From Macrostomum hystrix (lineage: Eukaryota > Animalia > Platyhelminthes): 64,000 nucleotides of DNA. Every line of letters begins with the position of its first letter. Within the stretch, counting starts at the first letter, position 1. The notes below the pieces were generated by a model. The model was given only the letters and a program-made list of their open reading frames with translations, had not been told where the DNA came from and did no database searches. Positions 12,601 through 25,269 of this stretch are shown here, piece after piece. Location: contig CATNEN010000008.1 in assembly GCA_950097015.1 (NCBI GenBank), forward strand, positions 806,001 to 870,000, in the 5' to 3' direction. The position numbers were made by a program, and so were the translations under genes.

Positions 12601-12870
12601 GCCCAGAACCTTCAGAACAGCGTCGTAGTTGAACTGGCTGAGGAAGTTCATAAAGTAGCGCCCGTTCTCGGTCATCAGCTCGTCCATTGGAACGTTGACA
12701 ATTTTGGCGGCTGCCTCAGCCAGGCGAATGATGGTGCCCTCGGTATAAACCTCGTGTGGATCGAAGGTTACCTCTTCAACTTCGGCCGTCTTGAGGATCC
12801 GCTCCCACATGTCTTCGCCATAGCGCACGAGGACCATGGATCGGAAGCCTTCTATAAGCAGGCCGTACAT
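6578..12870 (-). CDS. Gyc88E: Atypical soluble guanylyl cyclase, beta/Gyc88E-like (H-NOX, PAS/H-NOXA, coiled coil, cyclase); contains one in-frame TAA in exon 4
   Basis: Exons (minus): 12870-12112, 11903-11834, 11654-11543, 11423-11294, 10713-10260, 8619-8510, 7452-7360, 6853-6578, all GT-AG and phase-compatible. Motifs: [98 protein letters not shown]. Confidence 0.92.
7858..8442 (+). mobile_element. tRNA-headed SINE, family C, ~585 bp, in cyclase intron 6, with 15-bp target-site duplication
   Basis: AGACCAACGTAGACA flanks both ends (7843-7857 and 8443-8457). Head GGGGCTGAGTGGTTCAGCGG...GTTCGATTC. A second diverged copy lies at ~54166-54540. Confidence 0.88.
8715..8965 (+). repeat. Unclassified dispersed repeat (copy 1)
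   Basis: The blocks GTCCACCAT..AATCAAAATTTTCC..CTTTACGATGA and GATTTTCATGTTGATTGGTTGAA..TACAGAAAAAA recur at ~13495-13915 and partly at ~52535-52595. Confidence 0.7.
11075..11290 (-). mobile_element. CORE-like tRNA SINE, family B, immediately after the exon-4 donor of the cyclase
   Basis: The minus strand reads GGTCCGGAGTTCGAATC...TGTCCTTGAGCAAGACACTTAA...CACCCAGCTGAGAAATGGGTACCAGC...CAGTCCATGGACTGAACAG. Confidence 0.75.
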
Positions 12871-13494
12871 TGCTGAATCTTGTACGAAATCTTGAAAGGG
12901 ATAAACTTAGCAGACTGGTAGAGAAGCAGTTGCTGTCGATCTGCTGAGATGAATCCCTAGGCTCTTAGAACTTTTTACTCAGGGGCAGACAGAGGCCGCA
13001 AAGCTGTTTGACGCCGATATAAGCAAGCTCATCTTGCTTTTACAACGCGTTTAGCAACCACGCTACCTACCAATCAGATCTCTAAAATGTTTGTGGTCCA
13101 TGAGTTTCGTGATTAATTGGCTGGGTATTGTTTAGATTACCTTGAGCTGGAGGATCTGCTAGGAATTAATTAGTAAAAAACATAGGGCGGTAAACCCTAG
13201 GCAACAATTTTCTAATGAGCCGCCAGGTTTCCGTTAGCAAACAACAATCGTCATTTCTCCGAATCATTAGTTTCGCCTTTCGCTCATTATAATCTCTTTT
13301 TTTTCTTTCATCTAGAAGCAAAAGATCGAATAGAAAATTTGCAAAAGAGTTCCCGATTGTGCATGCAGGTTAGCACAGTTTAAACCGGAGTTTTTGCTAT
13401 GTGTTCTGTCTGCCTGAGACCTACAGCAAAGTATGTTGAGTCTTTTTAACAGTACAAAGACCAGGCTATTTTTCCCCTGGGGAAAGACCGATTG

Positions 13495-13915
13495 TCGTCA
13501 AAGTCCACCATCTGAATCAAAATTTTCCCCCCTTTACGATGAACTCACTTTCAAAGATATTCAGTGATTCTTGTCGAAGAACCTGGTGACAATGACAACT
13601 AACATGGCTCTGTAAGAACCTCTCTGGCGAAAACATATTAGTTTAAAAAATAATAAATTGACTATTTCTAAATCCAAAATAGCCAACAATGATTGCCGAC
13701 ATGGTTACATTATGAAATTTTGTGAGCAGAAATGTTATGCCTATATCGATGGTTTATTGCCTCAGACACCCCAACCAGAATCGTTGAATGACTAGACGAT
13801 GCCGATGTTTTGTGTTTCTGAAAGTTGTTTCATCTGATTGAGTGGAAAATTTTTGCCTGTGTTCTGGATTTTCATGTTGATTGGTTGAACATTTTAGCGA
13901 TACAGAAAAAAGAAA
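13495..13915 (+). repeat. Unclassified dispersed repeat (copy 2, longer)
   Basis: Same blocks as 8715-8965, with ~130 bp of extra internal sequence. Confidence 0.7.
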
Positions 13916-15502
13916 ATGTAAGTTTTTGAAATATCCCGCTGTCTTTTGTACTGTTAGGAAGGTTATCTGTCAAATAATCGATGGCATCGAAACTTTTTTT
14001 GCTTTTCTTGCATGTTCTTGGGTTTTTCCAATAAAATGATGGATTGTTTAGCACTGATTCAAGGCATACATCACTGCAAAATGATCGGCTGTTATTGACT
14101 TTGTCTCTCTCTCTCAAACCACATACGCAACTGTTAGGTCAGGGTCATTCTTAATTAAGGTGAGATTTTCAAAAGCATATTTTCTCTGCAGGTGCAAATT
14201 ATGATGAGCTCAGGTAGCAATTTTTTTTCTATCTGCAAGACACACAGCAGCCTACAATGGCGGGTTAATTTTTTAACAAGCTTCCTAAACAAAGAAAACG
14301 TAAAGGAAGGTCGCGAGGCGGAAGTAAAAGAGCGAGCGTACTCGCAGACTGTTTAAAGTAGCCTTTTGGAGGACTAGGCGGCGGTCGGTTACTTTGGAGG
14401 GGCATCAGAGAATAAAGATGAAAGGTAGCTGTTAAGGAACAGCTACAGAAGATACGTGATTGCTTTTACGATTTAATTAACAGAAGCAGTGTGAAGGAAA
14501 AATAGATTGGAAAAGGTTAGGCATCTAAAGTGTGTCAACAACAGCAGACCTTGTTCTGTAGGTGAAAAAGTAGCTAATTTGCGATGAGAGTACGAAGCCT
14601 TTAATTTGAAAGCTGCATCAAAACAGGCTGGTACTTAATTAATGACACCAAGGGGTGTGACTGCCTTTAGGCTAATAAAGGCATTCGCAAGTATCAAGAG
14701 GACAGGGAAACATGCGCATCTGTGATTGCGCTTGCAGACGGCTTTGGTTGGCGCTGGAATACCTACAGCAGTCCTGTGCTCTGTATATGAGACTGAGGGC
14801 GAGTGTATGTCTATTAAACAGCAGGGGTCGGGCTGGTCTTCCGCCACTAGTCTGAGGGTCTGTCTTCCTTCGGCAGAATGGGCTAGTTTGACTCAGGGAG
14901 GAGTGGATAGTTCATTAATCGGCTCAACTTCTTCCTCTGTATATCTTGCAAGCAAGCGGGCCAGTATTTGAGTGAGCAGCAATAGGCTGTGAGGCGCCAA
15001 GGGGTGTGACAATGCACCCTGCAGAGAGAGAAGAGAGAGAGGGGCAGCAGACAGAGCGCCTTCAGCAGGCAGACGCTGGATGGCACTGTGCGCTCTCAGT
15101 CAGCCCCTCAATCTTCCAAAAAGAATGCTGGACCTTGTGAGCTACGCAGGGGTCTTGGCGTGGTCCGGGGACTGGTTGGCAGACAGCTAAACTATCAAAT
15201 TGCCGAAGAGAGAAAAGCCGGGGCACACTTATTGTAACTCTTTGGTTGAAGAAGAGAAGAGACGGGAGAGCTGGGTAAGCGACGGGTTAAAGGGAGAGAG
15301 AGCAGAGTTCTGTTGCCAAGGCCGCACCGGCGCTCTAGCGAAACAGTGCGAACGACGCAGAAAGGCGCTAGGAAATTTCGGTAAGCTTTGAGTAAACCGC
15401 CCCGGTTTTGATTTAAAATCTGTCTGAAAAATCATTGCATGTAAGTGATAGTGATGCTCCGTTGCCACTTTCTTTAGAACTTGAGAACGATAACGTTCAA
15501 AA

Positions 15503-16054
15503 ATGGACAAAGGCAGCGTACACTCCGAAGAGGACACTCTGGCTCCGATGCAGACTCTGCAGGCGCCGCGCGGACCTGCGGGTGCCCGACGAGGCACCTT
15601 GATGGCGCCGCGGAAGTCCATCGCGGTTGGGCTCCTGGGCCGCTCATCCGTGTGGACGCTGGGCCGGAAGAGCAAGGCGCAGGACGTGAAACTGGAAAAC
15701 ACTTATCGAATGCAGCCCAAGGAAGACGAGCGGGTGGCAAGCTACCGTCTCAGACCAACGCTGCAAGATGCGCTAGACGAATGTTTGAATACCTACACCT
15801 ACAACAGCGCCACCGCCGGCAAGAAGGCCTGCGAAGTTGCCCAGGTGATTCGCGACCGACTCAAGGACGCAGGCTTTCTGCGCTACAAGCTAGTCGTGCA
15901 GGTGCAACTTCTGCAGCGCCGCCAAGACTTGTCAATCACCGTCGGCAGCCGTGCCGTCTGGTCCGTGGATCTTGGTGACACTTGCGTAGAGGTGAAGCAC
16001 AATACCAAGACTGTGCGAGCGCTGGCCACTGTGCACGCGTTTTACGTTGAGTAA
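15503..16054 (+). CDS. Tctex1-domain dynein light chain family protein (TCTEX1D-type), intronless, 183 aa
   Basis: ENTYRMQP, followed by the Tctex1 fold (Y+Y...KKACEVAQVIRDRLK...RYKLVVQV...SRAVWSVDLGDT...ATVHAFYVE). Confidence 0.88.
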   Translation: MDKGSVHSEEDTLAPMQTLQAPRGPAGARRGTLMAPRKSIAVGLLGRSSVWTLGRKSKAQDVKLENTYRMQPKEDERVASYRLRPTLQDALDECLNTYTYNSATAGKKACEVAQVIRDRLKDAGFLRYKLVVQVQLLQRRQDLSITVGSRAVWSVDLGDTCVEVKHNTKTVRALATVHAFYVE

Positions 16055-17015
16055 GGAGAAGGTGGGTGGGTGTCAAGCCTTAGACTTGCTTTTTTATTTA
16101 CTGACTTTTATTATATTTGTATCTTGGCGGGTTACACACGCGTTTTCCTGCTAAACACAAAATGAAACACTTTTCTTATTTGCTAAAATTGCCTAGGTGG
16201 AAACTTTGCTTTCCTATTAACCTTTATTTGTCGTCTGTCTGTTGGGCCTGCACTTTGTAATTTATGCAAATTTTTACTTTAAGCCTATGTAAATTAGACC
16301 TTTATGCATGATATTCATGTTGTCAGCTTAAAAACATGGTTAGGAAAGAAAATGATAAGAATATTATATTTTTGAGTCGCATGTAATCAAAAGAGAACAG
16401 ATTTATTTTTACTACGAGCTCGCATTGAACCGACCTGCTTTGTCATTCACAGCCTTATTTACCTTCATTGTGCTGACATTAATCTATTTTCTAATCATAA
16501 TAAGAAGCCTCTATTGGATAAATTCTTTTGAATGGTTATTATGAGACTGCTGCCTGTTCATTATGTTTACTGCTCATTGACTGGGGTCATTGTGAAGCAG
16601 ATCGCCTAGATAGGAAGCCAAGTATAAAGTGTTCGTAGGACGACCTTCTCCTCCTCTTTGGCCTCTAGTTGACATTTTATGCAAAAAGCGGCATGCATTA
16701 AGGGTCAGGGGATGCGGAGGCTAATCGTGTGACTTCTCGTGAAGCTCCTGATGGAGATGGACTTAGGATATTAAATTAATTTGGTTTTAAGCCCAAGAAA
16801 ATTGTAAGGCTTCCTTGAAGCGCTTGTCTTTGGAACTGATACTTACCTGAGAGTCTGAGTTCATAGGTTTATTTCAAAAAAGGTTAAAGCAAATTATAAA
16901 ATTCTCTTTCGAAATTTAATTATACACGCCACATGATTTCAAATGAGCATATTGTCACAGCGTCATGAAATGAACAATCGACAAATTAAATATCATGGAC
17001 AAATCTTTTTCGCAA

Positions 17016-19538
17016 TTAACGCACAGCACCTTCGTTACTTGAGGAGTCTCCGTCAGAGCTGAGTAGAAATCTTGACTGGGCCGTCTCTGAGGCGTCGCTT
17101 GGTCGTCTAGACACAAAGTGCCTCCGACGTTGGCTTCGATCATCTGCCCGCTGCCTAGTCTGCGAGTCATAGATAAGCCAGTCCCGCTCGTTCAATCGAG
17201 ACGCGCTGCTAAGAGCCGCACAAACGGCGTCGTGATTAGTAAGAAAGATGGCGCGCTTGTCGATGCGACTAATGCCGGCATTGCTGAGCATGGCTCGTAT
17301 GGCAAACCGGCAGTTGCAAAGATACACAGCGATGCCAGCCTCCTGAAAGTCTCCGATGATTCTGTTAAATGTGGCGAGGCCTGCGGAGTCGATAAAGCTG
17401 CAGCAGGACATGTCGATGATGACGTGATGTAGTTCTGTCGGCTGGCGGACTGGGTGGACGGAATTCGCGGTCACAGACGTTACATTCATAGAAACTGTTG
17501 CATCGCTCTCGGCGCCTGTTTCGATTGCGGCGGCTGCGTTGGCGGCGGCTGCAGCTGCTGTGCGATTTTGCCTCCCGTTGGGAACAGTCGAAAGAGCTCG
17601 CTTGAGATTTCGCAGGCGCTTTTCGTATCGACGCTTTTGGAGAATCAGCTGCCGCGGATTAACGGTAAGTTTGTACAGGCACGACTGAAAGTGGTCTGTT
17701 GATGAAAAGAAGAGTGGACCTTCGCAGCGGAACATCTTGATGCCGTCTATTTCCTTCGCATTTGGCGTTAGAGCCAAATTTTTGTAGATGTCTGTGTGCT
17801 CGATGCGACCAAGAACGCAGCAGTATGGCCATTGGAAGCGGAATATTACGGTTAGAAGAGAGAAGCCGATGCCTACTAGAACACCGGTGTTAGCGTCAGT
17901 CACGATGACAGCGATGAATGCAACTAGCCATAGCGCTGTATCGATGCGACTCGTCTGCCACAGCGCCGGCAGGTCTTTGAACTGCCATAGAACTGAGCGC
18001 AGGTTTACCACAATGATAGCTGATAATATACACGATGGTGTGCTCTCGAAAAGATTTCCAAGGAATAGCAAGGTGAATAGCACCAGAGCGGATGCTATTA
18101 GATTGGCTACCTGGGTGCGACCGCCAATAGATTCGTGCAGATTCGAGCAAGTCATGGAACTTGTTGACACAAAACATCCGGTGAAAGACCCGAGTACGTT
18201 GGACGCTCCATAAGCAAAGAATTCTTGATTGGCGTCGATTTCATTGTCATATTTCAGTGAGAACTTTTTTGCTAATGAAACTGTGATTGCAAATGATACG
18301 ATTGCTATTATTAATGCATCACGAAGAAGCACAATGTCAATGACAACTGGAGGAGTCAATGCCATCGGTGGAAGGCCAGTTGGAATACGACCAACCATTT
18401 CAACGCCCAGCTGATGAAACCCTGTCAGTGCGGAGACCACCGTAGACACCAGTATGACAATGATCTCTGCTGGTACTGTTGCTTTCCAGCGGTGCTTAAC
18501 GAATCGATTCAGACGTTTAAGTGTGGCCATTATGATCATAGCAACCAATGATATTATCAAGGTGTAAATGTTGGCTCGCGGCAGACTGAGTATTGCGTAA
18601 TACACTAGTTTAAAGTTATCCATGAAGCCCACCGGCGGCGTGTTCTCCGGTATGTGAACTTCGCAGCCCAGCAGAGCCGAAATCTGGCTAAGAATAATCT
18701 CGATAGCGGTGGCCGTCGTGAATCCGTTGACCAGCGGATCGCTTAGGTAGTTGGTGAGCATGCCAAGTCGCAGAATGCTGAAGACCAACTGGAAAATGCC
18801 TACTAGAAGGCTGATCATCAACACAACGCCAAGCAGCTGTTGTCTGATTGCTTCGCCAGCTAAATCGCTTGCATTACCGACACTCTGCGTTAGGTTGTCT
18901 AGCCTTATGTGGTAGACCCGCTCTAGGTGCTCCTTGGCAACCTGGCCTACCAGTAATGACACGACACCTTGACAAGTGATAACTAGGTGAGGAGAAGTTC
19001 CGAGAAGGCAGTAAACCAAGGAAGCGACTAGGGCTGTGTAGAGGCCATGCACCGGAGATACTAGAGCTAGAAGTGCGTACGCCATGCTCTGTGGAATGCG
19101 CATTACTCCTGTGGAAAGGCCTGATAGCAAGTCATGAGGCAGGTACTGCCGCCATTGGTATCGATGCAGAGTGACAAGGATGGGTAAATACTGACAAGTT
19201 AGATCGATGCAGGTGCGTGCTGGTTTCGGCGGAAGATACACAGTGTCGATGAAGTGCTCCTGCAATGCAGCTTCTTCTGCCTGCTCGGTATAGACGCTCT
19301 CGAACTGGTGCTGCGAGTAGACCGGTCGTTTGACGCGCATAACCTCGTCCGTGTTGTGCCCCATCAGTGAGGTTGTTGACGACCGAATATCATCGCCTTC
19401 AACGCCCAAGATTCCGTTAGCGAATCTCTTCGCTAATGACGCGGTTGATAAGGGCATAGTCGGCGGCGTCTGGGCCTCTTCTACTGATGCCGCCGAATGG
19501 CCAACGATTCCGGCATATGTCTTGCGACGGCTTTTCAT
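17016..19538 (-). CDS. SLC26: SLC26/SulP anion transporter with STAS domain (prestin/SLC26A-like), intronless, 840 aa
   Basis: DLLSGLSTGVMRIPQSMAYALLA, DANQEFFAYGASN, GGRTQVA, FRCEGPLFF, VIIDMSCCSFIDSAG, plus about 12 hydrophobic segments. Confidence 0.95.
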   Translation of the reverse strand: MKSRRKTYAGIVGHSAASVEEAQTPPTMPLSTASLAKRFANGILGVEGDDIRSSTTSLMGHNTDEVMRVKRPVYSQHQFESVYTEQAEEAALQEHFIDTVYLPPKPARTCIDLTCQYLPILVTLHRYQWRQYLPHDLLSGLSTGVMRIPQSMAYALLALVSPVHGLYTALVASLVYCLLGTSPHLVITCQGVVSLLVGQVAKEHLERVYHIRLDNLTQSVGNASDLAGEAIRQQLLGVVLMISLLVGIFQLVFSILRLGMLTNYLSDPLVNGFTTATAIEIILSQISALLGCEVHIPENTPPVGFMDNFKLVYYAILSLPRANIYTLIISLVAMIIMATLKRLNRFVKHRWKATVPAEIIVILVSTVVSALTGFHQLGVEMVGRIPTGLPPMALTPPVVIDIVLLRDALIIAIVSFAITVSLAKKFSLKYDNEIDANQEFFAYGASNVLGSFTGCFVSTSSMTCSNLHESIGGRTQVANLIASALVLFTLLFLGNLFESTPSCILSAIIVVNLRSVLWQFKDLPALWQTSRIDTALWLVAFIAVIVTDANTGVLVGIGFSLLTVIFRFQWPYCCVLGRIEHTDIYKNLALTPNAKEIDGIKMFRCEGPLFFSSTDHFQSCLYKLTVNPRQLILQKRRYEKRLRNLKRALSTVPNGRQNRTAAAAAANAAAAIETGAESDATVSMNVTSVTANSVHPVRQPTELHHVIIDMSCCSFIDSAGLATFNRIIGDFQEAGIAVYLCNCRFAIRAMLSNAGISRIDKRAIFLTNHDAVCAALSSASRLNERDWLIYDSQTRQRADDRSQRRRHFVSRRPSDASETAQSRFLLSSDGDSSSNEGAVR

Positions 19539-22500
19539 GGAGAAGCAAGTTTTACTGAAGTATATAAATCGTCTCAGATTGCGTTTTCGTTTGAGTATCG
19601 CATGAGCGTCTTGAAAAATTTAGGTCTCTGTCTCCTTTAACCGATCCTGACTTGCTTCAGTGACCCTGTAGCCACAATCCTAAATTTTAGTTAGCAGAGA
19701 TTCAGCCGCAGCTGATAAAGCCCGCTTGGTGCGTTTTGCTCAACATAACTTTAAAGTGCAGGTGGGTGTTTTGCTCATGATTCTTATCGTGCAGATAAAG
19801 CGAGATTAGTCTCTTTGAGTCACAGCGCTTCGAGTCAAATGTTGCTAATTTTACTAGACCCACGTTTAAGCGTGCTTTTTCCACGACTTGCATGCCCACT
19901 GGCACCTTTCCTCTCTTGGCGAGTCACAGGGTATTTTTATGAGCTGTCGGAGTTTTAAATTAGCTTGAAATTGAAAATTACTTGCTATTCTAATGGCATT
20001 CTATAGACAACTTTCTACTCAATACGATACGCTATACATACGCTTGAAAGCAATCTAACTTGCCTTTCCTTCAGTCTCCTTTAAAAAATCACTTGTTAAG
20101 GATCGAAAAATAATCAGGAGCTATTCATTCGTTGGATATAAATTACGAGTTCCTTGTTTACCAGCAATTGTGCTGCCAGCTTTTCCCAAAATTTATATTT
20201 CTTTCGTTGCTTGGGTATACAGACTATAGCATTTTTTATAACAGAAAGTATAGACCCCATTCATAGTCTGTTGATTGTCAAGTCAAGACCCATGCAACAC
20301 CCAGACCCACCCAGACCAGTAGGCTAACTAGAACTCAAAATAGCAAAAAACGCCGTTTCCAAATAATTTTCATTAAGAAAATGAATTTGTTTATTACTAA
20401 GGCCACTCAGCTAAAAAAAATTTTCTGACGATTACATCACAAGGACCACTAGAAGAAGAATATTCGAAGAATATTCGAGGAAGAATATCCTCGCAGAAAC
20501 CAGCGACACAGTTATTAATTAACTTATTTGTTATTTGTAACAACTTATATGGCATCCCGATCGGTGGAGTCATGAGGGGTCTTTTTCATCTCACCAAGTT
20601 ATTAATATGTGTGCATTAAATACTTTGAGACCAGTTGTAATAAATTTTCACCATATTTTTGTCACACTTAAGTACCACTTATGCAATGGGACCATAAGTA
20701 CTAAAATACACAGTGGTTCAATTGGCTTTAAGGAAAAATATAGATAATTTTTGCCGAGAAACTACATGTACTCGTAGGATCACACGTGCAAATAATTGGT
20801 TTAATTTATAACGGGAGTACTAAGTACTTTCAGGGTACTGGTACCAGAAAATAGGCAAAGGACAGCGAGAAAAACAAAAGTTTTTGAAATACCTGAATCA
20901 CGTAAATGGCTAAAAGAGACAATTAAGCACGCCCTTATAATTAATTTGTAGCGTTTGTTCATAAACTAAAAGAATCTAAAACACTTCTATTTATCATAAT
21001 GTTAATCCAATTAAATGTGAGAATTCATTCGATACATACTTTGTTAATACGCGCTAAAAGTTTACACCATTACATTCGACATAGAAATGTAAGTCAATTT
21101 ATGAAGATTTTTTATAGTCAAAATTTAAGGCTAGTGCTTAAAAATACATTTTGTCTGATCATTCACTTTCTCATTCATTTTCTGATTCTCAAATATATAT
21201 TTTTAATAAGCCATGGAAACGAGTGCAGTCTTTAATGTACATCGCGTATTTTAACGTTCAATGTAATCCGTATCGGCACAGGAATTATTTATTAAAATAT
21301 ATTATTGTTATCCAGCTTATCCTCTGATTTCAGTATATAGTAAATAATTAGGAAAAGTTGTGAGACTAATCTTAATTACGGACTATATTAGTATAGTCAT
21401 GAATTAACAGAAATATTGTATTTATTTTTTCCAATTTGGTTCATTTGGTAACTTAGGTGAAATTAAAACTGAAATTGCTCTCAATCGTTTTTGTGTTATA
21501 GCAAAAATGTTTCTTGTAAAGTAAAACCTACTGTATTCATCAAATTATGAATAGCCAGAATGATGTTATTGTTTAGTTAGTTAACTTTCTGAGAAATTAG
21601 TTTTTGTTATTACTTGTGATATAGCATTAATGTAGCTGGCATAGATGTAAGTGCCATGTTGATGGAAGTAACTGGAAACCAAAGAATTAAATTTGCAGTA
21701 TTATTATGAGTTTCGCTAGAATTTTAATGTCTATATTGTTTCCGAAAATTTAGCTTAACTTTATAGTAAACCTATGGATTTTTGTGCTAAATTGTTTCTT
21801 TAAAAGTAGATTTAAGTAGAGTAATATTAATGATAGTAATAGTACTTTGAATTCCTATACAAAATATTCACAATTATAAGCCATTTGCTAAGACATATTG
21901 CGCAAACCGAAAACCCCTATTATTAGGACAATGGGTAGCTAAATATGTGACTAAATTGTTAGTTAGGTTAGCTAAATGGGTTTCTTTGATAGAATTTGCT
22001 CATTTGTCATATTATTCGGTGATTTCTAGACAAAATTAGATGTATCATAGAACGACACGGTGAATTAGCTGGTCATTTGAGAGTTCTATTCAAACTTAGT
22101 CATATTGAACCACTGGATTTTTTTAACTATCGTCTTGCAGCTTCATTACTTTAAGGATATCCAGTAGAGAAGGAGAGTGACTTTTTCAGACTTGTCGTCT
22201 TAGAAAAAACACTTTAAGAATTAGGCCAAGTTCGATAAATTTCAGAAAAAAGATGCTCGTATGCACGTCAATACTTGCGCTGATTTTGGGCGCGGACTCA
22301 ATACCGCAGAATTTTACTTGTCTGTCTGTCTCGCTCCAATCTAATCTCATTAATGATTTGAAAGCCAGGCAGTTACTTACTTAAATCCAGGCAGAGAACT
22401 TATCGCCCGGCCTTAGCAACGCATAGTCGATTTGCATGGCTAGATCTGGCTAATATGTTTCCCCAAAGGCTTTATCAATTTGAGCACACCTGTCAGAAGT

Positions 22501-22706
22501 GCTCATTTGAAACAAACCTGTGCTTTCTAATAGGTTGAGCGTAATTGAATTGAGAAACATTCTAAAATGGTCTCTAACATTATTTTAGCAGTCGCGTCCT
22601 TCGCCAAAATTTCATAATCGGTATTCTGCTAGCCTGAAAAAAGGCCCTAACTGGTAAAATAGTTCTCAATTGACTGCAGAGCAAAGCAACCTGTGCAGCA
22701 CATGCC

Positions 22707-25269
22707 ATGGAAGCCAGCGGGCAGCTTCGCTATGAGCGCAACCAGAGCCAACTGGAGCGGGCCAGGAAGATGCAGGAGAAGAGGCTGGCCCAGAGCGCCG
22801 CTGTTGTGCAACGGAACGAAGCTCGGCCAGTCAGCGGCCGGCACAGCGCCGGACGGGCGAACGAGCGGGCGCCGCTGGTGTCTGTGCCGGCGGTGAGGCG
22901 CGAGGAGCCGCAGCATCAGTTCGGTGAGGAAGTTTTTTAATAACTTTAGTAGTACTCTGGTAGCTTCATTTGCATCCATGAATTTAAAGAACTGCTTTTT
23001 GTTGCCTCAATTGTCACGGCTGCTCGCCGAGGGACATTGGCGTGAAAGTAGAACACCTTTCTTTCACCCTTCTCCTTTGGAAATTCTTGTTTCAAGGACC
23101 ACTATCACCGTAGAGTAATGTTCGGCAAAAATCAGCCTTCTAAACATTTTCTAAGTTTCCTGTATTTCTAGTCCTAGCGGTCCTTGTCTTAATTTCCCGT
23201 CGCATCTCGAGACTGGAGCCTCGCCCTTACCTCCAAAACCCACTCTGCTCGACCCCAGCTTACGTTGGTCCTCAGCCGTCTGTGAATCCGGACGGCATGA
23301 TACTGACAAAAGTGCGCGAGCTGCGCATCGAGCCAGACAACGAAGAAGACGGACCATCGTCGGAGAGGCGACGACAGCGTCGGCGGCGTGATAGCAGCGA
23401 TGAGGCGGCGTCTGACGGTTCAGACGTCGACGATGGTGGTAAGGAAAAACGTCGAAACAGAGCTCAAGAAGACAGCGGTGAACGGAGGCGCCGGCGCTCA
23501 CCAGAGGAAACACGCGTCAAATCTTCAACTTCGAAGAAGAAGTCGGCAACAACAGCGACGACAGCCAAAACCAAGGCGAGTTCTAGATCAAAGGTGCCAT
23601 CTGTGTCCTCCAGTGATGAGGAGGATTACAAGGATGTTAGCGACAGAGAGGATGGCATTGTTGCTGAAGTCAGTGACAGCGATGACGACAGGCGACGCGA
23701 ACGCCGCGGTGGCGTCGGTGAGCGTCCTAAAAAACCGGCAGCCTCTGAATCAAAGCCGGCCGCGAAGGCGTCAGCTGCCCGGCGACACCACGATCGCTCG
23801 CCGAGTCCAGACAGCGACGAGGAGGGCGACAAAATTCGAGACACTGGCAGCGACCTGGAGGAGACACCGGTTGAGCCGAGTGTCGGCAGAGGCCAGACAG
23901 AGTCAGGCGGCAGGCAGTCCAGAACTGTGAGTTCAATTAGCTTAGTAGCCGTGTCTTTCTGCCTACGAGCTCGTATCTATAGCTAACTTGGGTTGAGTGG
24001 CAGAGCGGTGAATGTTTTTGCCATAAAGGTCCATAAACCCTTGAGGGCCAACCTCCAAGGCACAGTGAGCGTTTACGCTGCCTGGGGGATGAGAAAAGCA
24101 GGCAACTGTGTCAGTGTGTGCCTGTGTTCAGTATCTATGTGCGTGCATGTGCTCAGGAGTCAGCGGAATGGGCGGAATGGCTGACTGCGGGTCCACTGTC
24201 ACTAAATGTTCCCACACCCTTCTGAAATGATGATTAACTCTACGTCAACTTTGTCAGCAGCAACAGCAGCAGCAGTCAGCACAGAAGCAGCAGCCCGGTA
24301 CTTCGCAAGCCCCACGCCTGACGTCTCTGATCCCGGATCCGGCCTCCGATCCGGAGCAGTTCGCCCTGCTGCCGGCTCCGCAGGGCGTCACGCTGAAGTG
24401 CCGGATCAGTCGGGATTCGCGCGGCCTCGACCGTTCCCGCTTCCCGACCTACTTCCTGCATCTGGAGCGCGAGGACGGCAAGCGGACGTTTCTCCTGGCC
24501 GCTCGCCGGCGCAAAAAGTCTTCGACGTCCAACTACCTGATCTCGTGCGACGCGACTAACCTGGCCCGCGCTGGCGAGGGCTTTGTTGGCAAAGTGCGGA
24601 GCAACTTCCTGGGAACGGCCTTCACCATCTATGACAACGGCGAGTCGCCCAAGCGTGTTGGCCTCGATATGTCTAGGCGAGAACTGGCCGCAGTCACCTA
24701 CGAGACCAACGTCATGGGCTTCCGCGGTCCGCGTCGGATGACCGTCATAGTGCCTGGCATGACCCAGGATCAGCGTCGAGTCGACTGTCGACCGCGCGGC
24801 GGCGGCAGCGCCGACTCGCTGCTTGAACGGCACAAGCGAGGCGACATGACCAACCTGCTGGAGCTGCAGAACAAGACACCGGTGTGGAACGACAGTGAGT
24901 AAAAAATGAGTCTAATTTATTTTTTTAACTGCCAACAATGATACCCAATCTTCAATCGTTGCAACTCCGCAGACACCCAGTCGTATGTTCTGAACTTTCA
25001 CGGCCGGGTTACCCAGGCCTCGGTGAAGAACTTTCAGATTGTTCACGCCAACGATGGTGAGTCTATCTAGCTCTTGATTTTTAGTGCTAAAATCTGTTAT
25101 TTAATAGATATTTATTCACCCAATCCCATCATCAGTGGACTACATCGTTATGCAATTCGGCCGCATCTCGGACGATCACTTCACAATGGACTACGCGTAT
25201 CCGCTGTGCGCCGTGCAGGCATTCGGCATTGCCCTGTCCTCATTCGACGGAAAATTGGCCTGCGAATAG
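22707..25269 (+). CDS. TUB: Tubby-family protein (TUB/TULP), 5 exons
   Basis: Exons: 22707-22923, 23259-23926, 24258-24894, 24973-25056, 25136-25269, all phase-compatible. Tubby domain motifs: [116 protein letters not shown]. Confidence 0.95.
23996..24206 (+). mobile_element. SINE family A, internally deleted copy, in Tubby intron 2
   Basis: GAGTGGCAGAGCGG head, then CTTGAGGGCCAACCTCCAAGG...GTGCTCAGGAGTCAGC matching 6120-6456. Confidence 0.72.

Noticed and set aside
15503-25269. Functional cluster of cilia/sensory genes (Tctex1D, SLC26, Tubby)
   Set aside because: The orientations are mixed, no shared regulatory element is visible, and three broadly ciliary genes together can be chance.
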